Origin: a bacterium
Lineage (GTDB): Bacteria > Patescibacteriota > Patescibacteriia > JACPHY01
NCBI GenBank assembly: GCA_030646955.1
Contig: JAUSKM010000028.1
Location: 1,065-65,064, forward strand
DNA: 64,000 bases
Reading direction: 5' to 3'
A model generated the notes under the pieces. The model had not been told where the DNA came from. It saw nothing but the letters and a program-made list of their open reading frames with translations, and did no database searches. Positions 17,410 to 27,971 of the stretch are shown here, piece after piece. Within the stretch, counting starts at the first letter, position 1; the number at the start of each line of letters is the position of its first letter. A program made the position numbers and the translations under genes.

Positions 17410-19674
17410 ATGCGCATGTTCCGAAGTATCGGTATCATTGCCATCACCCTCGCATTCCTCGCGAGCGGGGTGCCCGCACCCGCTGCCGCATCGGTTGTGG
17501 GTGATCTCCCACCGTTTTCCGACGACCTTGTCATCAGCTCTCCCGAACTCCCGGGCGGCGCGCTCCGCGTGCTTGGCCAGCAGGATGAAGTACGCGAGTT
17601 CCCGCTCAAACACACGGACGTGGACGCGCGCATTGCGGGTCGTCTTGCGCACGTGACCGTGCGCCAGGAGTTTACGAATCCGTACGAGGAGGTCATCGAG
17701 GCCGTGTATGTCTTCCCGCTCCCCGAGGACGCCGCGGTGAACCGGATGGAGATGCACATCGGCGACCGCATCGTACGCGGAATCATCAAGACGCGCGAGG
17801 AGGCGCGCGCGACGTACGAGGAAGCGAAGCGCGAGGGGAAGCGCGCGGGGCTCCTTGAGCAGGAACGCGCAAACATCTTCACGCAGTCCGTCGCGAATAT
17901 TCAGCCCGGCGAGTCCATCACGGTGGAGATCGCGTACGTCCACGCGCTCGTGCCGAACGATGGAATTTTTACGTTCGCCTTTCCCATGGTCGTTGGCCCG
18001 CGGTACATCCCGGGCACACAGGCCGTGGGGCAAATCGGAACGGGCACGGTGCCGGACACGGACGCGGTGCCGGACGCCTCGCGCATCACCCCGCCCGTCC
18101 TCCCGCCCGGCACGCGCTCGGGCCACGACATTGCGCTCACAGCGACGCTCTCCGCAGGGTACCCCATCACCGCGCTCGACACGCCGACGCACGCCGTTGA
18201 CATCGTGCGTTCGAGCGATACGCAGGCGACGGTGGCGCTCAAGCCGTTCGACACTATCCCGAACAAGGACTTTGTCCTCCGCTGGCGCACGGATGCTGAG
18301 TCCATCGCGCCCGCGCTCCTCGCGAAGCGTGCGGAGGACGGCGACGGCGGCCACTTCCTCCTCATGGTTCAACCGCCCGCAGCACCCTCCGCCGCAAGCG
18401 TGACACCAAAGGAAATCATTTTCATTGTAGACGCGTCCGGCTCCATGAGTGGGGAGCCCATCGCGAAGCTCAAGGCGGCGATGCGCTATGCGCTCGAGCA
18501 CCTCAACTCGGACGACGCGTTCACCGTTCTCCAGTTCTCGTCCACGAACGCCTGGCTCTCGGATGTTCCGCTCCCCGCCACCTCGGAGAACATCCGACGC
18601 GGCCTACAGTACGTCAATGGCATTGAGACGAGCGGAGGGACGGAGATGTGGGGCGCAGTCAACGCTGCGCTCAACGCGCCGAAGACCGACCCAGCGCGTA
18701 TTCGTATCATCTCCCTCATGACCGATGGACTCATCGGGAACGAACGCGATGTCACGCGTCGCGTGGATGAGATCCTCGGTGACGCGCGTCTCTTCCCCTT
18801 TGGCGTCGGTTCGAGCGTCAACCGCGCACTCATCGAATCCCTCGCGCAGGCCGGCCGCGGCTACCCCACGGTTGTCACGCTCCGCGAGTCCGGAGAGGAC
18901 GCGGTGCAGCGTTTCTACAATCGCCTCGCGTCGCCGCTCCTCACGGACATTACCGTGGACTGGGGATCGCTCGTGGTGCACGACGTCACACCCGCGCGCA
19001 TCCCGGACCTCTTTGCGGGCGAACAGCTCGCTGTTGTCGGCGCGTACGACCGCGCGGGGACCGACACGATTCGCATCACGGGCAAGGTACGCGGCGCACC
19101 GACGACGTTCGTGTTGCCCGTCACGTTCCCCGCAGAGAGTAACGACACCTACGCTGCGATCCCCACGATCTGGGCGCGATGGCGCGTGCGTGGGATCACA
19201 CACGACTACGCAATGAGCGCTGGCGATCAAGAGGCAGCCGTCACCGCCCTCGGCCTCGCATATCGCATCGTCACGCCGTTCACATCGTTCGTCGCAGTAG
19301 AGGAGATTCCCTCTGCAACCCCGGGCGTCCTGCCGCGTACCGTGCCCGTGCCGGTCGAGATCCCGGAGGGCGTGAGCTACAAGGGGGTATTCGGATCGCC
19401 CGGCCTCGACGGCATGGGCGGCGGGGGCATGTACACCACGCTTGATGTTGGTCTGGGTGGCGCGTACGGAGGGCAGGAGGTATCATTCGGCGCGCGCGAT
19501 CCCGGAGCAGTACGGAGAGCGCTCATCAATCTCATCGGCGCAGCCATCCTCGCGCTCCTTGTGCTCGCGGGCATCATCTCCGCCATCGTCCATGTGGTGC
19601 GCACGCGACGGAAAGAACACGCGGGGCATCCCAAGAGTGGAGACGATGCCGCTCCACCGCCAACGATAGAGTAG
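17410..19674 (+). CDS. Exported VIT + VWA domain protein with C-terminal membrane anchor
   Basis: Signal peptide; VIT motif EAVYVFPLP; MIDAS DASGSM; TDG; C-terminal TM plus basic tail. Confidence 0.88.
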   Translation: MRMFRSIGIIAITLAFLASGVPAPAAASVVGDLPPFSDDLVISSPELPGGALRVLGQQDEVREFPLKHTDVDARIAGRLAHVTVRQEFTNPYEEVIEAVYVFPLPEDAAVNRMEMHIGDRIVRGIIKTREEARATYEEAKREGKRAGLLEQERANIFTQSVANIQPGESITVEIAYVHALVPNDGIFTFAFPMVVGPRYIPGTQAVGQIGTGTVPDTDAVPDASRITPPVLPPGTRSGHDIALTATLSAGYPITALDTPTHAVDIVRSSDTQATVALKPFDTIPNKDFVLRWRTDAESIAPALLAKRAEDGDGGHFLLMVQPPAAPSAASVTPKEIIFIVDASGSMSGEPIAKLKAAMRYALEHLNSDDAFTVLQFSSTNAWLSDVPLPATSENIRRGLQYVNGIETSGGTEMWGAVNAALNAPKTDPARIRIISLMTDGLIGNERDVTRRVDEILGDARLFPFGVGSSVNRALIESLAQAGRGYPTVVTLRESGEDAVQRFYNRLASPLLTDITVDWGSLVVHDVTPARIPDLFAGEQLAVVGAYDRAGTDTIRITGKVRGAPTTFVLPVTFPAESNDTYAAIPTIWARWRVRGITHDYAMSAGDQEAAVTALGLAYRIVTPFTSFVAVEEIPSATPGVLPRTVPVPVEIPEGVSYKGVFGSPGLDGMGGGGMYTTLDVGLGGAYGGQEVSFGARDPGAVRRALINLIGAAILALLVLAGIISAIVHVVRTRRKEHAGHPKSGDDAAPPPTIE

Positions 19675-19733
19675 TGCGTGATGCTCCACACCCCTCCCGA
19701 CGCGCATCGGGTGGGGTGTGTTATGCTAAGGGT

Positions 19734-20708
19734 ATGTACGCTCTCATCACCATTGGCGACATTAAATTAGATACGTTCATCGTGCTGGATGACGCGTCGC
19801 TCCAGTGTTCGTTGGAAGAAAGTCACGCGTGCAAGCTTTGCATCGAGTACGGCGCGAAGATTCCGGTGAAGGATTTTGAACCGCAAATTGCTGGGTCTGC
19901 GCCAAACGTCGCAGTCGCGTTGTCGCGGTTGAAGCTGAAAACCGCGGTGTACTCCATCGTGGGGAGCGATCCTACTGGCATGCTTGCCTACGCACACCTG
20001 CGCAAGGAAGGGGTGCGTACGACGTACGTAAAGACCTCGCGGCACGGGCGCTCCAGCTACTCCGTGGTTATCAGCTACAAGGGTGATCGGACGATCCTGG
20101 GCGTGCTGCACCCGCGTACCTATCGGCTGCCGCGGCTTGCAGCAACTAAGTGGCTCTACCTTTCGGAAATGGGGGAGGATTTTGTATCGCTCTACGATGA
20201 TGTGGCGGCACTGCACGCGCGGACGCAGGTGAAGATCGGTTTTAATCCGGGTGCGGTGCAAATTCGCGCGGGCGCGCGTAAGCTCAAACCGCTTCTTAAG
20301 GCGACAGCGGTGTTGTTTGTGAATCGCGAAGAGGGTCATCAGCTTTTGGGGAAGAAGCATAGCCTCGATACGAAGCATCTTCTCACCGCGCTCTGGAAGT
20401 TGGGACCAGATGCCGTGGTCGTGACGGATGGTTCGGAGGGCGCGTACGCGTTTGATGGCGGCGATGGGTGGCACCTGCCCGCGTTCCCTGCGACGGTGGT
20501 GGAATCCACGGGCGCGGGGGATGGTTTCGCGGCGGGCGTGCTGGCGGGTACGATGTACGGGAAGCCACTTGCGGAGGCGCTGCGGTGGGGCGCGGCCAAC
20601 GCTGCATCGGTGGTGGGCGCCGTTGGTCCCACACCCGGGCTCCTCACCAAGACGCAAATGGACCGCGCGCTCAAGCGGCATGTGCACATGACGGCACGGG
20701 TTCTATGA
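19734..20708 (+). CDS. PfkB-family carbohydrate kinase
   Basis: AGSAPNVAVAL and ESTGAGDGF signatures. Confidence 0.92.
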   Translation: MYALITIGDIKLDTFIVLDDASLQCSLEESHACKLCIEYGAKIPVKDFEPQIAGSAPNVAVALSRLKLKTAVYSIVGSDPTGMLAYAHLRKEGVRTTYVKTSRHGRSSYSVVISYKGDRTILGVLHPRTYRLPRLAATKWLYLSEMGEDFVSLYDDVAALHARTQVKIGFNPGAVQIRAGARKLKPLLKATAVLFVNREEGHQLLGKKHSLDTKHLLTALWKLGPDAVVVTDGSEGAYAFDGGDGWHLPAFPATVVESTGAGDGFAAGVLAGTMYGKPLAEALRWGAANAASVVGAVGPTPGLLTKTQMDRALKRHVHMTARVL

Positions 20709-20746
20709 GGTCTCCAGCACCTGGCATGGTGTGTTATCCGAAGAGC

Positions 20747-20980
20747 ATGGCGACCGCTGCTGCGTGGTTTGGGTGGACGGGGGCGGCGATGTTCCTGCTG
20801 GCGTACACGTTGGCGATTTTTGGCGTTATCAATGCAACAGCACTGTCGTACGCGATCCTCAATGGCCTTGGTGCACTTGGAGTAATCATTGAGGCGGTTG
20901 TGCATCGGACGAAACCAGTGCTTTTTCTCAATGTTGCGTGGCTTGGTATCGCGATTGCCGCATTGTTTCGTAATCTATGA
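20747..20980 (+). CDS. Small membrane protein (CBU_0592-like)
   Basis: GWTGAAMFLLAY...YAILNGLGA...LNVAW pattern; stop overlaps the fba start (ATGA). Confidence 0.7.
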   Translation: MATAAAWFGWTGAAMFLLAYTLAIFGVINATALSYAILNGLGALGVIIEAVVHRTKPVLFLNVAWLGIAIAALFRNL

Positions 20981-21924
20981 TCGCAAAACAACCCCTTCAG
21001 CTTCTGCAAAAAGCGTTGCGTGGCAAGTATGCCATCGGTGCGTTCAACGTGAATAATTTGGAGCTTTTGCAGGGCATTGTACGTGGTGCAGAAGCACAGC
21101 GTGCGCCGGTGATTCTGCAGACCAGCGAGGGAGCGATTGAATACGCGGGAATGGCAGAGCTGGTAGCGATGATGAGCACTGCGGCGCAGCGCGCGACGGT
21201 GCCGTGCGTTATTCACTTGGATCACGGGAAGGATTTGGACGTTGTTCGCGCGGCGATCAAGCAGGGGTACACGAGTGTTATGTACGATGGCTCATCGCTC
21301 TCGTACGACGAGAACGTGCGCAACACCGCGAAAGTGGTGCGCTGGGCGCGCGCAGCAGGGGTGATGGTGGAGGCAGAGCTGGGTGCGATCGCGGGGACAG
21401 AGGATTTGGTGTCGGTTGAAGCGCGCGAGGCGACGTATACCATCCCGGAGCAGGCGCTGGATTTTGTAGAGCGCACGGGTTGTGACAGCCTTGCCATTGC
21501 CATCGGCACGGCGCACGGGGCACACAAAGCGGCAGTGACGAATATTGTATTGGACATCCCGCGGCTCAAACGTATTCATGCGTTGGTGCAAAAAACGCCG
21601 CTGGTACTGCACGGCGCATCATCGGTGCCTGATGAGCTGGTGGGGGAGACGCGCATGTACTGCTCCATGTTGGGCGATTGTCAGCGGTTGGATGGGGCGC
21701 AAGGCATTCCCGACACGCAAGTACGGCAGGCGATCGCGAACGGCGTGTGTAAGGTGAATACCGACACAGATCTGCGCATCGCGTTCACGGCCGCAGTTCG
21801 TGAGACCATCGTAGAACAAAAAGATGTGTTCGATCCTCGCAAGCTCCTGGCCCCGGCTCGCGATGCCATCCAGCGCATCGTCACACAGCGCATCGCGGTT
21901 TTTGGGAGTAAGGGGAAGGGCTAA
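20977..21924 (+). CDS. fba: Class II fructose-bisphosphate aldolase
   Basis: Motifs GAFNVNNLE, IHLDHG, SVMYDGS, VEAELG, GTAHG, LVLHGAS and KVNTDTD. Confidence 0.95.
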   Translation: MIAKQPLQLLQKALRGKYAIGAFNVNNLELLQGIVRGAEAQRAPVILQTSEGAIEYAGMAELVAMMSTAAQRATVPCVIHLDHGKDLDVVRAAIKQGYTSVMYDGSSLSYDENVRNTAKVVRWARAAGVMVEAELGAIAGTEDLVSVEAREATYTIPEQALDFVERTGCDSLAIAIGTAHGAHKAAVTNIVLDIPRLKRIHALVQKTPLVLHGASSVPDELVGETRMYCSMLGDCQRLDGAQGIPDTQVRQAIANGVCKVNTDTDLRIAFTAAVRETIVEQKDVFDPRKLLAPARDAIQRIVTQRIAVFGSKGKG

Positions 21925-22934
21925 TGGAGTGTATGTACGACATCATGACCATCGGTGCGGCGACGCAGGATGTATTCCTGTCATCGCGGGCGTGGGAGAT
22001 TCAGAAAGATGCGACATCGCCCACGGGGTTGGAGCAGTGTCTGCCGCTGGGCGCGAAGGTGCCGGTGGAGCGATTGGCGTTTGCGGTGGGCGGCGGAGCG
22101 GCCAACGCGGCGGCAACGTGCGCGGCATTGGGACTGCGTACCGCTGCGCTCTGCCGCATTGGCGCGGATGATATCAGTGGCGCAAACGTGCTGGCCACGT
22201 TCGCCTCGCGCGGCATTGCGGCGAAGTTTGTGCAGCAGGACCGCAAACAGCACACGGCGTACTCCGTCGTGTTGCTCTCGGGTGCCGGACATCGCACCAT
22301 TTTGACGCACCGTGGTGCAGCCGCAGCCATCAATGCGAAGGATGTCTCCTGGAAGCGACTTCGGGCACGATGGTTTTACGTATCATCGTTGGGTGGCAAT
22401 CTTGCGTTGGCGCGGCGCATCTTTTCGCACGCGGCCGCGCACGGGATTGCGGTTGCATGGAATCCAGGAAGCGCAGAGCTTGCCGCAGGCATGAAAGCAC
22501 TTGCGCCGCTTATCGCAAAGACCGCGATGTTCAATGTGAATCGAGAAGAAGCAAAGGTGCTGACTGGCGTGCAAACCAATGAGCCCGCGGCCACACTTCA
22601 GAAACTTCGTGACGCAGTAGGTGGCGGCAGCATTGGCGATGCGCGGTATGTGCTCATGACCGATGGTGAACAGGGTGCCTTTATGAGTGTTGGCGGCGCA
22701 ACGTGGTTTGCACCCGCGCGTTCCGTGCGCGCGGTGAACGCAACGGGCGCGGGCGACGCGTTTGGCTCCGCGTTCGTTTCCGGTCTTGCACATGGGTGGG
22801 ATGCGCCGTCATCGTTGCGTTTGGCCATGGCGAACGCCGAGGGCGTCATCCGGAACATGGGCGCGCAGACCGGCATTCTCTCCAAACTACCCGCCCCCCA
22901 GTCACTCGCACGCTTCCGCGTGCGGAAGGTATAG
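21924..22934 (+). CDS. PfkB-family carbohydrate kinase (start may be 21933)
   Basis: GGGAANAA and NATGAGDAFGS signatures. Confidence 0.92.
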   Translation: MECMYDIMTIGAATQDVFLSSRAWEIQKDATSPTGLEQCLPLGAKVPVERLAFAVGGGAANAAATCAALGLRTAALCRIGADDISGANVLATFASRGIAAKFVQQDRKQHTAYSVVLLSGAGHRTILTHRGAAAAINAKDVSWKRLRARWFYVSSLGGNLALARRIFSHAAAHGIAVAWNPGSAELAAGMKALAPLIAKTAMFNVNREEAKVLTGVQTNEPAATLQKLRDAVGGGSIGDARYVLMTDGEQGAFMSVGGATWFAPARSVRAVNATGAGDAFGSAFVSGLAHGWDAPSSLRLAMANAEGVIRNMGAQTGILSKLPAPQSLARFRVRKV

Positions 22935-23266
22935 GAGTTCTAGTTCTTCCCTTGACTGTGCGGGCACGTTCTCTGATTCTCCCCCCTCTCCTTGTACCCA
23001 AGGGGAGGGGGGATTGAGGGGGGAGGGGAGGTCTGACGTATGACCAGTGGGGTCAGCGGTACACGTGCCGGTGTTGCATGGTTGCGCGTACCCCATTTGA
23101 TAGCACTGTTTTCGGTCCCGCTCCATGCGCACCTCTCCCCCTCCCACTCCCCCTCTCCCCGCAGACGCGGAGAGGGGGAGGGTCAGAGACAAAAAGAAAC
23201 GCATCCCCCGATTGGTTCGGGGGATGCTGTTGTGTATGGTGCCTACGCCTCGCGCTCGTGATTCGG

Positions 23267-23602
23267 CTACGCGATGGCGAGCAGCGCGGTGGTCACCGTG
23301 CGTGTGGTGCCTGGAAGCGATGCGGGGTATTGTCGTGTTTCGAGCGGAATGAACTGGAAGGACCGGTTCGGCCAACGACGAAACAATTCGCTCCTGCATG
23401 CAGCGAGCATTTTCGCGGCATCTGCGGCGTATATGTTCTGATCTTCTTTGAGGCCGAGGAAGCCGAGCGACACCGTGAGCGGAATTTCGGATTCGACCCG
23501 AATCGGGAGCACCATGCACTCCGCCGCGTGCGCTTGAAGCGCACCGTCACCCTTCGCTCCGCATGCAAGACACCAGAAATGATCAGCCACAGACATCGTC
23601 AT
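23267..23602 (-). CDS. Small hypothetical protein with N-terminal CxxC
   Basis: GGAGG SD before ATG; WCLACG...H...C pattern. Confidence 0.55.
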   Translation of the reverse strand: MTMSVADHFWCLACGAKGDGALQAHAAECMVLPIRVESEIPLTVSLGFLGLKEDQNIYAADAAKMLAACRSELFRRWPNRSFQFIPLETRQYPASLPGTTRTVTTALLAIA

Positions 23603-23731
23603 TTCCTCCCTGGGAAGTTTCCGCTGCAACCGTAGCAATGCATGTATTCCCTGTCAACATCATGCACATGGCGACGACTGTTGTTCCAGGATATGCTATT
23701 GCTAGCAGCCAGGAGTTAGTAGCCTTCTTCC

Positions 23732-24718
23732 ATGTCCACCATCTACGTCACGCGCGCCATTCCGGATGAGGGGTTGCGGTTATTGCGTGCGCGGCGGCAT
23801 GAGGTGATTGTCAATCCGGAGCAGCGCGGGATCACCAAAGATGAGCTGATCGCGGCACTGCGTGAGCATCAGCCAGAAGCATTACTATGTCTTCTGACCG
23901 ATGCCATTGATAGCGCGGTACTTGCCGCAGGTGCTCCGCACCTGAAGATCGTCGCCAACTACGCCGTCGGACATGACAATATCGATCTTGCGGCGGCGAA
24001 AGAGCACGGCATCGCAGTGACAAATACGCCGGATGTTTTGACCGACGCAGTAGCGGAGCACGCGGTCGCGCTTATGTTTGCGCTCATGCGCCGCGTGTGC
24101 GAGGCGGATCGATACGCGAAGGCGGGCAGATACAAGGGGTGGGATCCGTTCCTGTTCCTGGGGCCACAGATCAAAGGCAAGACGCTGGGTATCGTGGGGT
24201 TGGGGAGCATCGGCGCGGCAGTCGCGCAGCGCTGCGTGCAGGGCATGGGCATGCGCGTCATCTACAACGACCCCAAAACCGATGCGGCTTTTGAGCACGA
24301 GCATCACGCAGAATTTCGTGCGCTCGACGATCTTCTCCGCGAGGCAGATGTCGTCTCCATCCATGTCCCGCTCCTCCCCGCCACGCACCACCTTATCAAT
24401 GAGGAGCGCATCGCACGCATGAAGCCCACGGCGTACCTCATCAACACCTCGCGCGGGCCGGTGGTGGATGAGGAGGCGCTCATTGATGCACTGGCTATGA
24501 AGCAGCTTGCCGGCGCAGCATTGGATGTCTTTGAGTGTGAACCGTCCATTGCGTGTTTGCCGGAAGACCACCTGAAACTCAAAGCCATGCCCAACGTTAT
24601 CCTCACGCCGCACATCGCCTCTGCTACCATCGAGGCACGCCAGGCCATGTCCCGCATCGCGGCAGAAAACATCCTGGCCGTGCTCGCGGGCAAGGAGCCG
24701 CAAAATCGCGTGATGTAA
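23732..24718 (+). CDS. D-isomer 2-hydroxyacid dehydrogenase (glyoxylate reductase/D-glycerate dehydrogenase-like)
   Basis: Motifs NYAVGHDNID, GIVGLGSIG, INTSRGPVVDE, LDVFE.EP and TPHIAS. Confidence 0.93.
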   Translation: MSTIYVTRAIPDEGLRLLRARRHEVIVNPEQRGITKDELIAALREHQPEALLCLLTDAIDSAVLAAGAPHLKIVANYAVGHDNIDLAAAKEHGIAVTNTPDVLTDAVAEHAVALMFALMRRVCEADRYAKAGRYKGWDPFLFLGPQIKGKTLGIVGLGSIGAAVAQRCVQGMGMRVIYNDPKTDAAFEHEHHAEFRALDDLLREADVVSIHVPLLPATHHLINEERIARMKPTAYLINTSRGPVVDEEALIDALAMKQLAGAALDVFECEPSIACLPEDHLKLKAMPNVILTPHIASATIEARQAMSRIAAENILAVLAGKEPQNRVM

Positions 24719-24825
24719 GCGCATGGTTTGACATCAAAATCACGTCGGTGTACAGTGAGAACGCATAGCATTTGCGCTGCGGCGCCCTTGGGGCGTCGTT
24801 TCTGGTATACGCGCCGCACACTCGT

Positions 24826-26640
24826 ATGGATATTCGCACCGTCGCCATCATCGCTCACGTAGACCACGGGAAGACCACGCTCGTCGACGCGCTCCTGAAG
24901 CAGTCGGCGGGGTTCACGTTGCACCGTGACGCGGAAGATACGCTCATCATGGACAGCAATGAGCTGGAGCGTGAGCGCGGCATCACCATTTTTGCGAAGA
25001 ACGCATCGGTACGGTACGGCGATACGAAGATTTGCATCGTGGACACGCCAGGTCACGCGGATTTTGGCGGCGAGGTGGAGCGCATCATGCGCATGGTAGA
25101 TGGCTGTCTCTTGCTGGTGGACGCAAAGGAGGGGCCGATGCCGCAGACGCGGTTCGTGCTCAAGCACGCGCTGCGCTCCGGCCATCGCGTGATCGTTGTG
25201 ATCAATAAGATTGACAAGGACGGCGCGCGGCCCGACGAAGCGCTGAACGAGACGTTCGATTTGTTCGTGGAGCTTGGCGCATCAGACGCGCAGGCGGATT
25301 TTCCCGTGGTGTACGCGTCCGGCAAGCAGGGCGTTGCAGGTCTCACAGCGGATTTGAGTACGATGACATCCGTGGAGCCGCTTTTCGCAACTATCATGCG
25401 CGAGATTCCGCCCTCGGCTGCAGACGCATCTGCGCCGGCGAAGCTTGCGGTGGTGAGCACGGCGAGCGATTCGTACAAGGGACGGCTTGCGATTGGACGG
25501 CTTTCCGCCGGGACGCTCGCGGTTGGTTCGCCGATCGTGCGTATCGCGCGCGATGGCACCATTACATCAGCGCGCGTGAGCGCGGTGATGACGTTCGAGG
25601 GGCTTGATCGTATTGCGGTGGACACCGTCACCGCCGGTGATATCGTTGCGGTTGCGGGCGTGCCGGATGTGCAGATCGGCGATACGATTTCGGATCCCGC
25701 AGATCCCACACCGTTGGCCGTGGTCACCATCGAGGAACCGACGATTGAGATGACCTTCGGCGTCAATACGTCCCCGTTTGCGGGGCGCGAGGGCAAGTAT
25801 TCTACTTCGCGCAACATTGAGGAGCGCCTCGATCATGAGCTTGAGCGGGATGTCGCGCTGCGTGTGACGCGGCTTGGCGAAGGGAAGTGGCGCGTGGCAG
25901 GCCGCGGCGAGCTGCACCTGGCGATCCTCATTGAGACGATGCGCCGCGAAGGATACGAATTGGAGGTCTCGCGTCCCAAGGTGGTAACGAAGGACGTGGA
26001 TGGCGTGCTGCAGGAACCGTACGAGCGCGTGACCATCGAGACGCCGGAGCAGTACGCGGGTGCAATCATTGAAGAGCTGGGCAAGCGCCGCGGTGAGCTG
26101 GCGGATATGCGCGCGGAGCATGGGATAACCACGCTCGAGTTCACCATCCCCACGCGCGGGCTCATCGGGTTCCGTAACACCTTCCTCACGAAGACCAAGG
26201 GATTTGGTGTCATGGCGAGCATCATAGAGGGGTATGCGCCGTGGTACGGTACATTCGAGACGCGCGGAGGCGGCTCGCTCATCGCATTCGAGGCCGGTAC
26301 GACGTGCGCGTACGGTTTGGGCAACGCACAGGAACGCGGGCAGCTGTTCTGGGGATCTGCGGTGGCGGTGTACGAGGGGATGGTGGTGGGCGCCAACGCG
26401 AAACAGGACGATATTGAGGTGAACGTCTGCAAGGAAAAGCGACTGTCCAACATGCGCTCGAAGGGCGATGGTGAGGCAGTGCGATTGGACGTGCCGCGGA
26501 CGATGGGGTTGGAGGATGCAATCGCATTCATCGGCGATGATGAGCTGGTGGAGGTGACGCCGGAGAACGTGCGCATCCGTAAGGCCATCCTTTCCTCCGC
26601 CGCGCGGAAGCGTGTCGAGCGGTCCGCGCGCACATCTTGA
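24826..26640 (+). CDS. typA: Translational GTPase TypA/BipA
   Basis: Motifs AHVDHGKTTLVD, DTPGHADFGGEVER, NKID, GRGELHL and DELVEVTP. Confidence 0.97.
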   Translation: MDIRTVAIIAHVDHGKTTLVDALLKQSAGFTLHRDAEDTLIMDSNELERERGITIFAKNASVRYGDTKICIVDTPGHADFGGEVERIMRMVDGCLLLVDAKEGPMPQTRFVLKHALRSGHRVIVVINKIDKDGARPDEALNETFDLFVELGASDAQADFPVVYASGKQGVAGLTADLSTMTSVEPLFATIMREIPPSAADASAPAKLAVVSTASDSYKGRLAIGRLSAGTLAVGSPIVRIARDGTITSARVSAVMTFEGLDRIAVDTVTAGDIVAVAGVPDVQIGDTISDPADPTPLAVVTIEEPTIEMTFGVNTSPFAGREGKYSTSRNIEERLDHELERDVALRVTRLGEGKWRVAGRGELHLAILIETMRREGYELEVSRPKVVTKDVDGVLQEPYERVTIETPEQYAGAIIEELGKRRGELADMRAEHGITTLEFTIPTRGLIGFRNTFLTKTKGFGVMASIIEGYAPWYGTFETRGGGSLIAFEAGTTCAYGLGNAQERGQLFWGSAVAVYEGMVVGANAKQDDIEVNVCKEKRLSNMRSKGDGEAVRLDVPRTMGLEDAIAFIGDDELVEVTPENVRIRKAILSSAARKRVERSARTS

Positions 26641-26712
26641 CGCGCACGCGGCAGGCGGATACGCTCAAGCTAGCATTCCCGCGTTGCTTCCCCCTGCGTG
26701 CGACTCTCGCGT

Positions 26713-27273
26713 ATGTTTTCTATCAATGACATCTCGAAAGGAACGGTGCTCAAGTTCAAGGGTGGACTCTCCGTCGTGACGTACTTCCAGCACGTCAACC
26801 CCGGCAAGGGGTCCTCGTTTGTGCGCGTGCGGCTGAAGGATATCGCGTCAAGCAAGACCGTGGAGCAGACGTTCAAGGCAGGCGAGCAGGTGGAGTTTGC
26901 GGAGGTGGAGCGCCCGAAGATGCAGTTCCTCTACGCGGATCCCATGGGGTACACGTTCATGCACGGCGAGACGTTTGAGCAGGTGATGGTGTCACGCGAT
27001 CTCGTGGGTGAGGACGCAGGGTACCTGACGGAAGGATTGGAGGTGCATGTCATCCTCCACGACGGAGCGCCGATTGCCGTTGAGCTGCCCAAGAAGGTGA
27101 CGCTCGCGGTGGCGGAGGCGTACGAGGCGGCGAAGGGCGACACTGCGGGTGGCAACGTCACCAAGGAAGTGACACTCGAAACCGGCAAAACCGCGCGTGT
27201 CCCGCTCTTCATCAAGCAAGGCGAGAAGGTGATTATCAACACGGAGACCGGCGAGTACGTGGAGCGAGCGTGA
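26713..27273 (+). CDS. efp: Elongation factor P
   Basis: HVNPGKG loop, KGDTA, LETG...VPLFI..GE...INT.TGEY. Confidence 0.97.
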   Translation: MFSINDISKGTVLKFKGGLSVVTYFQHVNPGKGSSFVRVRLKDIASSKTVEQTFKAGEQVEFAEVERPKMQFLYADPMGYTFMHGETFEQVMVSRDLVGEDAGYLTEGLEVHVILHDGAPIAVELPKKVTLAVAEAYEAAKGDTAGGNVTKEVTLETGKTARVPLFIKQGEKVIINTETGEYVERA

Positions 27274-27311
27274 CACCGGTCACGCTCGTGCCCGTCCCAG
27301 GAGGATGGCGT

Positions 27312-27938
27312 ATGACGAAATACGATCGGCCGCCGCAGCCCACGGAAGCAGGCGACGATTTCACGAACATTGACGCCGTGGATGAGGCGCTTGCGAGCGA
27401 TGATGCGAAGCGGGTAGCCGCGGTGCGCGCATGGTTGACCACGCGGGGCGGCATGACGGATCGCGAGGTGGATGCTTCCATTGCAACCGAGCGGTTGCGA
27501 CGTTCCGTGCATGATGCGATGCGGATTGAGCATGGTGCACGCATTGCGCGCGATCCGAAGCCGACACCGGAAGAATGGTCGATGGGCGCATTTGTGGAGA
27601 GCGTAGAGCCGCAAGTCCGACAGGCCGTACGTACGCTTCGTCGCAAAGGATACAACACGATGTCATCGGGATTTTGGGGATTTCACTATCAATCCACGAG
27701 ATTCGCGGAGCCCGTGCGTGATGCGTTGGACGCGGAAACGCTGCAGCGCCTTGCGGAGCTGGGTGCGGAGGTACATGAGCAGAGCATTCGATTTTCTTGT
27801 GCGCAGCAAGATCTTGCGCAGATTGCGGAGCGCTGGAATGCGATCGCGGACGTGCTCCCGGACCTGGGACGTCCCGCGTCGGATACGGATCACGGCGCTG
27901 CGCAGACGTTTCGCCAGCGGTATGGGGGCGGCGTGTAG
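27312..27938 (+). CDS. Hypothetical protein
   Basis: GGAGG upstream; IE/VEPQVR.AV..LRRKGY.T.SSGF-type motif. Confidence 0.75.
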   Translation: MTKYDRPPQPTEAGDDFTNIDAVDEALASDDAKRVAAVRAWLTTRGGMTDREVDASIATERLRRSVHDAMRIEHGARIARDPKPTPEEWSMGAFVESVEPQVRQAVRTLRRKGYNTMSSGFWGFHYQSTRFAEPVRDALDAETLQRLAELGAEVHEQSIRFSCAQQDLAQIAERWNAIADVLPDLGRPASDTDHGAAQTFRQRYGGGV

Positions 27939-27971
27939 CGATAGTGTCATGAGTGGTAACTGGACAGAGCT

